DNA of 64,000 bases from an uncultured delta proteobacterium (GTDB lineage: Bacteria; Desulfobacterota; Binatia; UBA9968). Of this stretch, positions 41,571 through 51,268 are shown in pieces (position 1 is the stretch's first letter; the number at the start of each line of letters is the position of its first letter). A program made the translations under genes and the position numbers. The stretch spans positions 480,001 through 544,000 of the forward strand of contig CAVSHR010000012.1 in NCBI GenBank assembly GCA_963727625.1, in the 5' to 3' direction. The notes below the pieces were generated by a model. It was not told the origin of the DNA. It made no database searches and saw nothing but the letters and a program-made list of their open reading frames with translations.

Positions 41571-44270
41571 CTATTTCGTCGGCTGGGCCTTCGCTGTCAC
41601 TGCTGCCGCCGCGGGCGCGGAAACACCGCGGCCAATACTCATTAAATAATCCCGCAGCGCTTCGATTTGTAAATCTTCCTTGCCCCCGAGAATATCGTCA
41701 GGACCGCCGGGATAAAATGACGGCATTTTGGTCCCCGGTTGAACCTTTTGCGGGTCCTTCAACCACTTGATGATCCAGTTGGGATTGAGTCGCTGGCGCG
41801 CTAGGGTCAGATCCGGAGCCCAACCGTCCACGGATCCCTCCGGCTTTTTGTCACCTTGTTGATGACAACTGAAACAATTGAAATAATCTTTGGACACCAA
41901 TTGCCGCGCTGCCTCTAAATTCTCTCTTGGGACTTTTGAGTCGTCGAAATAGGTGTAAGGAATCTGGACTTTCGACAGCCCGGTGAAGAAATCAACCAAC
42001 TTGGCGTCCTCCTGATCGGAAAAACCAAACGTAGGCATGCGGAGCTTGAGCCACGGACGGATGGGGACAGGGGATTTGAGGAAGCTAAACAGCCAGGGGG
42101 GTTGGGCCTTCTCCCCTTCGCCGTTAAGTACCGGCGGCGCAAGGGTCGGGCGCTCTTGATAGTATTTTCGGATGAATCCTCCTTGGCCTTCGATTTCGTG
42201 GCAGCCGATACAGTTGTACTGGTGCATGAGTCGGCGTCCCTCGACGACTTGCATTGTCCGACTGCTATGGTCGGCCAAATAGCGCGACGGAATTTTTCTA
42301 TCGCGGAACCCAGCGAGAACAACACGCAAAGCCTTGATATCCGCGTCCGTCAAGTCGAATTGCGGCATCAACTGCTCGACACGCTCAGTCGCATAAGTTC
42401 GCGGAGTTTTTAGTTTGTTGTAAGTCCAATCATCCCAGGTTTCCGGGATATCGGTGTGGTTGCCGAAGAAAAGCTCTTCGAGTGATTTACCCCCAAAAGT
42501 CGTGAGTTCAACTCCGATGCGGGATTCCTTTTCCATTCCCGGAATATCGTGGCAACCGAAACAACCGTATTTACGGACGAGGGATTCACCGCGCGAAATA
42601 TTTTTAGTGTCTTGGAGCCGCCCTTCGAGATTGGCGATCGGCGCAGCTTTGGCTCCGAGGGTCGACAAATAAGCGGTGATAGCGAGAGCCTCCTGGTCCG
42701 TCAGTCGAAGACTAGGCATGCGGGTTTCGGCGTTATATCCTCGGGGATTCTTAATCCAGTTGTAAATCCACTGCGGACTCACCTTGGCGGCGATATTGTG
42801 GAGATTGGGAACTATATCCTTCCCTTGACCTAAGACCGTAGAAAATTCGCCATCGGCAAAACCGTGGCATCCCTTGCAACCGATAGTCTCTGTCAGTTCT
42901 TTGCCCTGCGCGATCAGACTCGTATCACCCTCACGAACGCCGGTGGGGGCGGGATGATCGGCGAGCCATTTTTCGCTCTCTTGTTTCGAATTCGACCAGA
43001 GATACGACGCGATGGCGACCGCTTCATCTTCTTTGAAAGCAAAATTCGGCATCCGCGTGCGTGGACGGAAAAGATGAGGATTTTCGATCCAACGGACCAT
43101 CCAATTGGGGTCAACCTTAGCGCTAATACGCCGCAGGCTAGGGCCGATTTTGGGAATGTCTTCGTATCCCTTGACGAGGTGACAACCGGTACAGCCAACC
43201 TGTTCGAACAAACGTTGCCCTTGCGCCATTAGCGGCGCATCCTTGAGTGGTTGCACGTCCAAGTGACAAGACACGCAGTTGCTCTGCACCTTGGCGCCGC
43301 GCAGAAGCGGCTCCTCCCAATACGGCACTTCACCGTGCGCCTGTTTGACACTGTTTACAGCCGGCCCTTGGCCCTCGTGACAAGAGGTACAGCCAAACTT
43401 ATCCGGCGCATGGGCATTATCGGCGAGCAAAACTTTCCGGTTCGGGTGAGTGCGAAAAGGCTGCGGTTCGTTCTCAAAGCCGGGCCGGTTAATGGCGAGG
43501 TGACAGGATTGACAACGGTCTACCCGCGCCACAGGCTCGTTGAAGTTGTTGCGGTCAAACTCGGGGAGCACTACCTGTTTAATGCTAGGAATCTTACTGA
43601 AGGAAAAAAGCTTGAACTCGCCGATTTTAACCGACGAGGTGGCATTTTCCATGACGCGGAGCCACTTGTCGCGTTCCGCCGTTATCTTTGTGAGTTGGGT
43701 TTCGAGATCTTTAACTCCGCTGTTGAGCTTCTCGATTTCGCCTTTGAGTTGATCGCGCTTTGTCCTCGCCTCTTCGAAGGGTTTATCTAATTTCTCCTTC
43801 TCTACATTGAGCTCATCGATCCTTGCCAAAGCCGGCTTCGGATTCCCCCCTGTCTGAACTGCGTAGTCGTGATCGTACCATGCCTCCTCGAGCTCACTCT
43901 TGAGATTTTTGATCTGCTGATCAATCTCGTTGAATCGAACTTTAGCACTCGTCTCGCTTCGAGTCAGGGCGTCAATCTTGTTTCTCAGCTCCCCTTTGGC
44001 GAGGCTACGCCGTGCCGCCTCGAGTTTCTTAACGAGATCTTGATACGCCGGATCGGCCTGAAGTTTCTTGTCTTCTTCGTCGTAGGCTGCCTGGGATTTC
44101 TGGTAATCAAGGTGATAGAATTGCGCTTGGTACTGTTTCCATGGACGCCGCGTAAAGTTGTCATCCCAATAAGCCCAAAGGGTAACAACCACGAGAATGG
44201 CGCTACCCAATACGAAAGCACTACCGTAGGATTTCTTCTCTTCGCGATCGTCTATTCCTCTAACCGCCAT
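41571..44270 (-). CDS. Membrane-anchored octaheme cytochrome c with coiled coil
   Basis: Eight CxxCH motifs (CQSCH, CTSCH, CVSCH, CTGCH, CKGCH, CFGCH, CIGCH, CFSCH); N-terminal TM helix; MP motifs. Confidence 0.93.
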   Translation of the reverse strand: MAVRGIDDREEKKSYGSAFVLGSAILVVVTLWAYWDDNFTRRPWKQYQAQFYHLDYQKSQAAYDEEDKKLQADPAYQDLVKKLEAARRSLAKGELRNKIDALTRSETSAKVRFNEIDQQIKNLKSELEEAWYDHDYAVQTGGNPKPALARIDELNVEKEKLDKPFEEARTKRDQLKGEIEKLNSGVKDLETQLTKITAERDKWLRVMENATSSVKIGEFKLFSFSKIPSIKQVVLPEFDRNNFNEPVARVDRCQSCHLAINRPGFENEPQPFRTHPNRKVLLADNAHAPDKFGCTSCHEGQGPAVNSVKQAHGEVPYWEEPLLRGAKVQSNCVSCHLDVQPLKDAPLMAQGQRLFEQVGCTGCHLVKGYEDIPKIGPSLRRISAKVDPNWMVRWIENPHLFRPRTRMPNFAFKEDEAVAIASYLWSNSKQESEKWLADHPAPTGVREGDTSLIAQGKELTETIGCKGCHGFADGEFSTVLGQGKDIVPNLHNIAAKVSPQWIYNWIKNPRGYNAETRMPSLRLTDQEALAITAYLSTLGAKAAPIANLEGRLQDTKNISRGESLVRKYGCFGCHDIPGMEKESRIGVELTTFGGKSLEELFFGNHTDIPETWDDWTYNKLKTPRTYATERVEQLMPQFDLTDADIKALRVVLAGFRDRKIPSRYLADHSSRTMQVVEGRRLMHQYNCIGCHEIEGQGGFIRKYYQERPTLAPPVLNGEGEKAQPPWLFSFLKSPVPIRPWLKLRMPTFGFSDQEDAKLVDFFTGLSKVQIPYTYFDDSKVPRENLEAARQLVSKDYFNCFSCHQQGDKKPEGSVDGWAPDLTLARQRLNPNWIIKWLKDPQKVQPGTKMPSFYPGGPDDILGGKEDLQIEALRDYLMSIGRGVSAPAAAAVTAKAQPTK

Positions 44271-44286
44271 CCGCGCCCTCTCAAAC

Positions 44287-44448
44287 TCATTTATTTTCCA
44301 GCGTCCGACCCAGCGAAAAGATCCCGAAGCCGATCAAGGTTAACACGATCTCCTCCGCCATCGACGCGTGTTGGATGATGCCGACGTAAACAGCGTAACC
44401 CACGTCCGCAATACCCAAAGCTTCAAAGAACTTAGCGACATAGAACAT
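44287..44448 (-). CDS. 53-aa two-TM membrane protein (absent from the ORF track)
   Basis: MFYVAKFFEALGIADVGYAVYVGIIQHASMAEEIVLTLIGFGIFSLGRTLENK; TGATG overlap with the upstream stop. Confidence 0.75.
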   Translation of the reverse strand: MFYVAKFFEALGIADVGYAVYVGIIQHASMAEEIVLTLIGFGIFSLGRTLENK

Positions 44449-45221
44449 CAGATGTTAATCCAAGGCGTCACCAAGATGTATTTCACATTGAAGGCAAGCC
44501 GCAGAAACATCTTACAGGGAAGAGCTAACATCGTGACAACCAGAAAGGCCGTGATACTGAAGCGTGCCATCCCCCATCTATCTAAAAATTCCCTCCCCTT
44601 GACGCGCAAGATCCAGAAATAGAAGGAGGTAATCGCAACCACGAAGTAGCCGAAGACAACAACTAACCCAAATACCGCAGACCAGAAGTAATCCCTGAAA
44701 CCGAGTAAGTACGGCAGATCTACGTTGGTAAGCGCAACCACTTTATGCGGATCCCATCGCTGCCACGGCCAAAAGAGATTCCAGCCCGGGCCGCGAAAAA
44801 ATGTTCCGATCAGGATCATCGAGACCCACAGGACATGGAAACCCAGAAAAAAAGTCAGAATCTCATACTTTCTGTCTTTGAAGCAGTAATACCCGTTGCC
44901 TTTAGGATTAATATCGATAAAAGGGATCACCATAAGTCCCACGATGATGAGGCTGGGCATAACTACACCCGCGTTCCACGGATCGAAATAAACCAGCATC
45001 TCTTGCAAGCCAAGAAAGTACCACGGCGCCTTTGACGGGTTCGGCGTGCGCGTAGGGTTTGCCGGGGACTCCAGAGGTGCGTCGATCAGTAACGCCCAGA
45101 GCGTGAGGACGACCAGAACAAACAGCGCACAGAGAAACTCATTGCGTGTTAGATGAGGCCAGGTATGGATTTTATCGTCGACCTGTAAAGGTTTCTTCTT
45201 TTCTTGAGTGACCTCAGCCAT
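44448..45221 (-). CDS. Cytochrome b C-terminal/subunit IV-like protein
   Basis: WP, ANPTRTPNPSKAPWYF (PEWY equivalent) and IPFID motifs. Confidence 0.88.
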   Translation of the reverse strand: MAEVTQEKKKPLQVDDKIHTWPHLTRNEFLCALFVLVVLTLWALLIDAPLESPANPTRTPNPSKAPWYFLGLQEMLVYFDPWNAGVVMPSLIIVGLMVIPFIDINPKGNGYYCFKDRKYEILTFFLGFHVLWVSMILIGTFFRGPGWNLFWPWQRWDPHKVVALTNVDLPYLLGFRDYFWSAVFGLVVVFGYFVVAITSFYFWILRVKGREFLDRWGMARFSITAFLVVTMLALPCKMFLRLAFNVKYILVTPWINI

Positions 45222-45262
45222 CTTGATCCTCTTAACTCGTCAATCTTCGAATTGGTTTTTTT

Positions 45263-46033
45263 TTATAGAGAGGGACCGGAGAAGCCGTCTCTGCGGATGC
45301 GCCAGAAATGCACTGCCATGAGAATACTAGCGACCATGGGAATGAAAATACAATGGAGGATATAGAAACGCAGGAGTGTGTGCGGCCCAATTTCCCCTCC
45401 GCCAAACAGAAATGCCCTTGCATCGTAAATAGGATTAGCCCCGACAAACTCGGCGAACGGGCCCTCATTACCAAGCAAGGGAGTCGCCCGTGCCATGTTC
45501 GAGCCGACCGTTACTGCCCAAATGGAAAGCTGGTCCCAAGGCAACAGATAACCTGTAAAGCTCAATAGAAGCGTAAAAACCAGCAGAAGCACGCCGACGA
45601 TCCAGTTGAACTCGCGCGGCGGTTTATAAGAGCCGGTTAGAAAGACCCGGAACATATGCAGCCAGACGAAGACAATCATCGCATGGGCCGCCCAACGATG
45701 CATGTTGCGCATCAGCATGCCGAAAGGCATATCGAATTCGAGATATTTCATATCGGCGTATGCGTACTCCGCGACGGGGCGGTAGTAGAACATGAGATAG
45801 ATCCCGGTTATCACCGTCATCAGAAACATAAAGAACGTGAGCCCCCCCATGCACCAGGTAAATCGCATTCTGACAGCATGGCGCCTAACCTTAGCGGGAT
45901 GAAGGTGGAGAAAAACGTTGGACGTCACCATCATGACGCGGTTACGCGGTGTGTCCTCGTAGCCGTGGCGAAAGATCGCCTTCCAGACATGGCTTTCGAC
46001 AATATCGTTCTTGATCTTATCCAAAAGGTTCAT
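45263..46033 (-). CDS. Cytochrome b6-type N-terminal subunit
   Basis: WCMGG (heme ci Cys), RNMHRWAAH, WLHMFRV, GYLLPWDQ and RFYILH...VH motifs. Confidence 0.93.
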   Translation of the reverse strand: MNLLDKIKNDIVESHVWKAIFRHGYEDTPRNRVMMVTSNVFLHLHPAKVRRHAVRMRFTWCMGGLTFFMFLMTVITGIYLMFYYRPVAEYAYADMKYLEFDMPFGMLMRNMHRWAAHAMIVFVWLHMFRVFLTGSYKPPREFNWIVGVLLLVFTLLLSFTGYLLPWDQLSIWAVTVGSNMARATPLLGNEGPFAEFVGANPIYDARAFLFGGGEIGPHTLLRFYILHCIFIPMVASILMAVHFWRIRRDGFSGPSL

Positions 46034-46044
46034 GATCTTATCCG

Positions 46045-46566
46045 TTAGACTTTTAGGATGCTCCCAGGATATTGCTCATCCGGCTCCGTTCCCGGAGCCA
46101 TTTTAAAAACTTTGCTCTTATCCACGACCAATTGGCCATCTTCGCCGATTTCAACTTCAAACCGGTCCATTGGCCTTGGCGCAGGGCCCTCAAAATTGAG
46201 TCCGCTTTTATAATAGCCGCTGCCGTGACAGGGACACTTAAATTTTTCCTCGGTGGCGAGCCAGCGCGGAGTGCAGCCCAGGTGAGTGCATTTCGCAAAA
46301 ATAGCGTAAATCCCCGCATTCTCCCGGATGATCCAGACTCGCTCGTCCTGCTTGTATTTTTCGCTGACTTCACCTATCGCGTAATCGGAAGGAACCCCGG
46401 CTTTAAAAGTCGAAGGAGGCTGGAACAACACGCGCGGAAAAGCCGAGCGGAGAAATCCCAAAAGGCTCAACCCGCCGAAGATGCCAAATCCGCCCCAACC
46501 CAACCGAGTAAAAAAATCTCTGCGCGACCAGATTCCGCGTTTTTCCTTCTTCTCCCGTTCAGCCAT
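46045..46566 (-). CDS. Rieske iron-sulfur subunit
   Basis: Tat motif SRRDFF; CTHLGC and CPCHGS. Confidence 0.95.
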   Translation of the reverse strand: MAEREKKEKRGIWSRRDFFTRLGWGGFGIFGGLSLLGFLRSAFPRVLFQPPSTFKAGVPSDYAIGEVSEKYKQDERVWIIRENAGIYAIFAKCTHLGCTPRWLATEEKFKCPCHGSGYYKSGLNFEGPAPRPMDRFEVEIGEDGQLVVDKSKVFKMAPGTEPDEQYPGSILKV

Positions 46567-46573
46567 ATCCGAC

Positions 46574-46921
46574 CTATCCTTTAATCCAGCTGATCATGGC
46601 GCCCCAAACTATAAAAATCACGCCGCCGAGCATTAAAACCAAACCGACGGGCCCAAAAATGAAAGATAGTCCCGCTCCTAAAACAAATATTAATACACCG
46701 GTCCCCAGCGGGTTGAACGGTGCCGTAGTTGATCCTGCCTTGCTCGTCTCCGCATCAGCTTTATGAATAAATTCCTCGCGGATAAGGGCGAACGCCAGCT
46801 CTTTGAGATCCTCGCGCCGCTCAGAGTCGACGCCTTGAATCAGCCGGCCAAGCTCTTGAGCTAACCTTTCGATCTCTTGTTCACGCGCTTCGGGCGCAAG
46901 ATTGGCAGGATCTGATGTCAC
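46574..46921 (-). CDS. Hypothetical membrane protein, first gene of the bc operon
   Basis: Soluble helical N-terminus plus two C-terminal TM helices; stop lies 7 bp before the Rieske start. Confidence 0.7.
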   Translation of the reverse strand: MTSDPANLAPEAREQEIERLAQELGRLIQGVDSERREDLKELAFALIREEFIHKADAETSKAGSTTAPFNPLGTGVLIFVLGAGLSFIFGPVGLVLMLGGVIFIVWGAMISWIKG

Positions 46922-46986
46922 CTGAGATTAGAGTTGTTGATTATTATAGAATTTTTTCTTTGTCAACCAATTGCCTAAAACTTCGC

Positions 46987-47469
46987 TTAGCGGCTCAACA
47001 AGACGACCGCGGTGACCGCAATCCCCTTCCCGGCTCCAGCCCATCCGAGTCTTTCCGTAGTCGTCGACTTGATGTTAATCCGGCTTTCAACGATCTTGCA
47101 CAGGCCCGCCACGCTCTTCCGCATGCGCTCGTAATGGGGCGACAACTTCGGCTGCTGCGCCACTACGGTAACATCGGCATTGACGAGTTGGAAACGCTTG
47201 CGGCGCATCCTCCCCAGCACGATAAGCAAAAGCTTGGCGCTGGCAATGTCTTTATAACGGCGGTCGCTGTCGGGAAAGTGCGAACCGATGTCACCGTCGC
47301 CCAGCGCGCCGAGAATCGCATTGATCAGCGCATGCAGCACCGCGTCGGCGTCGGAATGGCCGGCCAGGCCGCGATCATGCGGAACCTCCACGCCGGCTAA
47401 AATGAGTTTTCGCCCGCGGCGCAGGCGATGCACGTCGAATCCGTGTCCGATGCGAAACTCTTTGGCCAT
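46987..47469 (-). CDS. ispF: 2-C-methyl-D-erythritol 2,4-cyclodiphosphate synthase
   Basis: RIGHGFDVH, GHSDAD, GDIGSHFP and KSTTTE motifs. Confidence 0.96.
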   Translation of the reverse strand: MAKEFRIGHGFDVHRLRRGRKLILAGVEVPHDRGLAGHSDADAVLHALINAILGALGDGDIGSHFPDSDRRYKDIASAKLLLIVLGRMRRKRFQLVNADVTVVAQQPKLSPHYERMRKSVAGLCKIVESRINIKSTTTERLGWAGAGKGIAVTAVVLLSR

Positions 47470-47625
47470 GACCCGAAAACTTGTCCCCAGCTGTTTCCGC
47501 ATAATCACCCGAACCAACGCAACATTCAACTGCGCGGCAAAACGGGGATCGCAATGAAGCGACGGACTGCGGGCTTCTGGTGTTGATTGGCGCCCTGGGC
47601 TATAATTCCCAACAAGTCAAAACCC

Positions 47626-48372
47626 ATGCGATCGCGAATGTTTTTGCTCTTCTTGTTGCTATTTTTCGCGTTGCCTCTGTACATGGTCCTGTCCGGACAA
47701 GCACCGTTGAACCGCGACTTCCGCACGGCTGACCGCTCCAGCGCCGAAATCGCGCCACGCGCCGAGGCGACTCCGGAAGCCGTGGTGCAGGTGTATTACG
47801 CACGCGCGCTCAATTGGCGCGGCATCTTCGGCGTCCATACCTGGATCGCAACCAAACCCGAGAACACCGCCGCCTATACTGTTCATCAAGTGATCGGTTG
47901 GCGCCTGATTCGCGGCTTGCCCGCGGTGGTCTCGACACCGGGCACACCCGACGCTCGCTGGTTCGGCAATGAACCGACGCTGATCGCCGACTTACGAGGC
48001 AGCGAGGCTGAGCAGGCGATTCCGAAGATTCTTGACGCCGTGGCGAGCTATCCTTATCCCGACGAGTACAAAGTCTGGCCGGGCCCGAACAGCAATACGT
48101 TTATAGCTTATATCGGACGCCAAGTGCCCGAGCTGCGGATGGACCTCCCGGCAACGGCGATCGGCAAGGATTATCCGATCAACGGTTCGCTGGTCGATCG
48201 CACTCCGAGCGGCACCGGCTATCAAATCAACATGCTCGGCGTCTTGGGCGTGAGCGTGGCGCGAGAAGAGGGCTTTGAATTGAACTTACTTGGTTTAAAT
48301 TTCGGTGTCGATTTCTCTAAGCCTGCGCTTAAGTTGCCTTTTATCGGCCGAATCGGCATCGGCGAACGCTGA
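47626..48372 (+). CDS. DUF3750 domain protein
   Basis: AVVQVY.AR..WRG.FGVHTW, WPGPNSNTF and AIGKDY motifs. Confidence 0.85.
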   Translation: MRSRMFLLFLLLFFALPLYMVLSGQAPLNRDFRTADRSSAEIAPRAEATPEAVVQVYYARALNWRGIFGVHTWIATKPENTAAYTVHQVIGWRLIRGLPAVVSTPGTPDARWFGNEPTLIADLRGSEAEQAIPKILDAVASYPYPDEYKVWPGPNSNTFIAYIGRQVPELRMDLPATAIGKDYPINGSLVDRTPSGTGYQINMLGVLGVSVAREEGFELNLLGLNFGVDFSKPALKLPFIGRIGIGER

Positions 48373-48411
48373 ATATTATTCTTTTAGTGCTATCCCGCTC
48401 AGATTTTGCGA

Positions 48412-49695
48412 ATGGCGAAACGCCCATCTTCTGCGATCCTTTACCGGGCCTTGGTTTTTTTGGCGACCGCCTGGACGCTGACGTCCTGGCTTTTCCTCCT
48501 CGACAACAATCTTTTTTCCCATCGTGAAAGATTTCAGGAATCTGATTTTATCATGACTTTCTACGTCGCCGGTCATCTAGTGGCGCACGACCGGTCCACC
48601 GAGCTTTACCCCCAAGCCGACCTGCAATCGTTCGCAGGCACGCCGTTTGACAAGGCCGCTCACGCACTTTTGCCCCATCTTCCGAAAAACATCACCGGCG
48701 CGTATATGAACATCCCGCTCGTCGCCGCTTTTTTTGCACCGTTTAGCCATCTCGATCCTAACTTGGCGCTGTTTCTCTGGCAGGCGTTGTCCGTTCTGGC
48801 GTTGTGCCTGTGTAGTTTTATGTTGTCCCGGACCACCGGGACGAAAGCCAGCGAATTGTTTTTTTTGTCGTTTACGTACCTTCCGGTCTTTTTAACTTTG
48901 TGGGCCGGACAGCTCGGTCTAGTGTTCGGACTGTTGCCGTTATGTTTCGGCTATTTGCTTCTGCTCAAGCAAATGCCGTTAGCCGCCGGCCTGGTTTGGT
49001 CTTTGCTTATTTTGAAACCTCAGTATCTCCTTGTGGGTGCCTTTGTCGCGCTGGTGAGTGCCTTGCTCCAACATTACCGAATGCTGATCGGTCTAGTCTT
49101 AGGCATCGTCTCCCTCATGGCTCTGACGATTGCGATGTTTTCACTTCCGGTAACGTTTCAATGGCTCGCGAGCCACCGCGTAAGCGACGCCTATTTCTTT
49201 GCTGGACTGCAAGTCATCCCCGCCCATTTATTGACCGGGTTACCCGCCAATATTTTGGTTCTGCTTCCAGTTGATCAGCGCAGTAGCCTAAAGTTGCCAC
49301 TCTATTCGGGCGCCGCCGCGATGTGGCTTTTCGGCATTTGGTTCTGTTCCCTATTTAATAAACCTCGCTTGGAAGCTCCAACGCAAATCTCAATCACATT
49401 CGTGACTGGACTCATCCTCGCCTCCCTTACATCGCCGCACCTACTTTACTACGACCTATGCGTGCTTTTACCCGCGGGAACTCTTTTAATTGCAAAACAA
49501 GGACCCTTTGCGCGGCAAATAAGTTCTCGCTTCGTCGCGGTGAGCGGATGGATAATCGTCAGCGCGTTTTTGCCCATCTTGCTCGCGTTCACCGAACAAA
49601 AAATCCTACCGCTTATCCTGGAATTGAACTTGCTGGCGCTGTTCGTCGTGTTGCTATTGCAGTGGAATCAGATTCGAACGTCCGTGCGCGCGTAG
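48412..49695 (+). CDS. Glycosyltransferase family 87 (DUF2029) membrane protein
   Basis: DF..FY, GQ, LKPQ and SPHLLYYD motifs; multiple TM segments. Confidence 0.85.
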   Translation: MAKRPSSAILYRALVFLATAWTLTSWLFLLDNNLFSHRERFQESDFIMTFYVAGHLVAHDRSTELYPQADLQSFAGTPFDKAAHALLPHLPKNITGAYMNIPLVAAFFAPFSHLDPNLALFLWQALSVLALCLCSFMLSRTTGTKASELFFLSFTYLPVFLTLWAGQLGLVFGLLPLCFGYLLLLKQMPLAAGLVWSLLILKPQYLLVGAFVALVSALLQHYRMLIGLVLGIVSLMALTIAMFSLPVTFQWLASHRVSDAYFFAGLQVIPAHLLTGLPANILVLLPVDQRSSLKLPLYSGAAAMWLFGIWFCSLFNKPRLEAPTQISITFVTGLILASLTSPHLLYYDLCVLLPAGTLLIAKQGPFARQISSRFVAVSGWIIVSAFLPILLAFTEQKILPLILELNLLALFVVLLLQWNQIRTSVRA

Positions 49696-49758
49696 TGCGA
49701 TGAAAATCGCGTGTTCTCAGTCCGAGACGGGGGGTCTCCGGCTGGGCATATTGACGAA

Positions 49759-51213
49759 TTAATCAATTGAACCCCGGCCCGTCGGCCAAAGGCTAATAAC
49801 GGCGCCAGCGATGGCGATCGCCGCGGCAATCCAATAAGCGAAGCGGTAACCTTGCAAAAACGCCGCTAGAACCGGCGCGCCGGAGCCGGCGCCGAGTTCC
49901 TGTAGCGATGTTTTGCCGGTGGAGGTTAACAGGAAAAAACTGACGATACTGGTCGCCAGCGTCGCACCGATCGAATAGCCGAGGCTGCGCACGATCGACA
50001 AAACCGAAGAGCCAACGCCCAAGCGGTGGCGCGGCACCGAGCTCATCAGCAAGTTATTGTTCGGCGTCTGAAAAATTCCCATGCCGATGCCGAGCAACGC
50101 CAATCCAAAGATGATTTGGAACGCACTGGCGCCGGGCGCAAGAAAGCTCAGAAACAGCAACGCGATCCCGTTGACGCCGAGCCCGAGGGCGCAGAGGAAC
50201 TGCGGTGCGAAGCGTTCCGACAGCCAACCAGTGAGCGGCGCCAACAGCGCCATGGCGAAGGGCGTCGGCGCTACCAAGAACCCGGCGCGCAACGGGTCCA
50301 AGCCCATCGCGAGCTGCAGAAAAAACGGCATCAATAAATTACTGATGCTCATGATGATGAAGCTGAACCACCTGGCGATATTCCCGATCGTGAAAGCCGC
50401 GATGCGAAATATTTTCAAGTCGAGCAAAGGAAAATTTGCGCGCTTCTCCCATCGAATAAAAAAGCTGAGTGCTCCGGTGCCGGCTAACGCCATCACGCCG
50501 ACGACGGGGTCTAACCATCGGCCTTTCTGCGCCAGGGTCAAGGCGAACAAGAGCGCCGAGATGCCCACGGCGAATGTGGCCGCGCCGGTGAGATCGAACG
50601 GCTCTTTTTTATCCCCGGTGCCTTTGAAGCTCTCTTGCGGGAGAAGCATGCGTGCCGCGACAAAACCCGCTAGGGCGAGGAGTCCGGATAAATAAAAATT
50701 GGAGCGCCAGCCCAGAGAGTAAGTCAGCAGGCCGCCGAGCACGGGTCCTAACGTATATCCAAGAGCCGAAACCGTGCCACCGGCGATACCCATCGCCCGA
50801 CCGCGCTCCTCCATAGGAAACAATGCTGTGACCAAAGCGAAGTTATTGGCCATAATCAACGCGCTGCCCGCGGCTTGCAGGGCGCGAAAGCAAACGAGTT
50901 GGCCCGCGCTCTGCGAGTTGCCGGCTGCGAACGAGCTGATTGAATACAACGCAAAACCGGCGAGAAATAAGTTTCCCACGCCGAGCAGATCGGACAATCT
51001 GCCGCAAGGGAGATAAAGCGACGCCGTGATGAGGGCGTATGCCAGCGCGATCCAGCTCGCCAGCGTCAGGTCTGCGTTCAAGTCTTTGACAATCAGCGGC
51101 AACGCGATACTCAGCTGTCCCGAGTCGGCGGTGACAATCAACGTCGCTAGCGACGCGACCAGCAGAGACCACCAGCGGTTGCGCGGCGGAGAAGTCAGGT
51201 TCTGTGCGGCCAT
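49759..51213 (-). CDS. MFS transporter (EmrB/QacA, DHA2-like)
   Basis: GRLSDLLG, ERGRAMG, GPVLGG and PLLDL motifs; about 14 TM segments. Confidence 0.9.
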   Translation of the reverse strand: MAAQNLTSPPRNRWWSLLVASLATLIVTADSGQLSIALPLIVKDLNADLTLASWIALAYALITASLYLPCGRLSDLLGVGNLFLAGFALYSISSFAAGNSQSAGQLVCFRALQAAGSALIMANNFALVTALFPMEERGRAMGIAGGTVSALGYTLGPVLGGLLTYSLGWRSNFYLSGLLALAGFVAARMLLPQESFKGTGDKKEPFDLTGAATFAVGISALLFALTLAQKGRWLDPVVGVMALAGTGALSFFIRWEKRANFPLLDLKIFRIAAFTIGNIARWFSFIIMSISNLLMPFFLQLAMGLDPLRAGFLVAPTPFAMALLAPLTGWLSERFAPQFLCALGLGVNGIALLFLSFLAPGASAFQIIFGLALLGIGMGIFQTPNNNLLMSSVPRHRLGVGSSVLSIVRSLGYSIGATLATSIVSFFLLTSTGKTSLQELGAGSGAPVLAAFLQGYRFAYWIAAAIAIAGAVISLWPTGRGSID

Positions 51214-51268
51214 GGAGAATTTGGAAGAATAAGGAACGATGCGAGTCGAACCTAAAAGCCCGGCGCAA

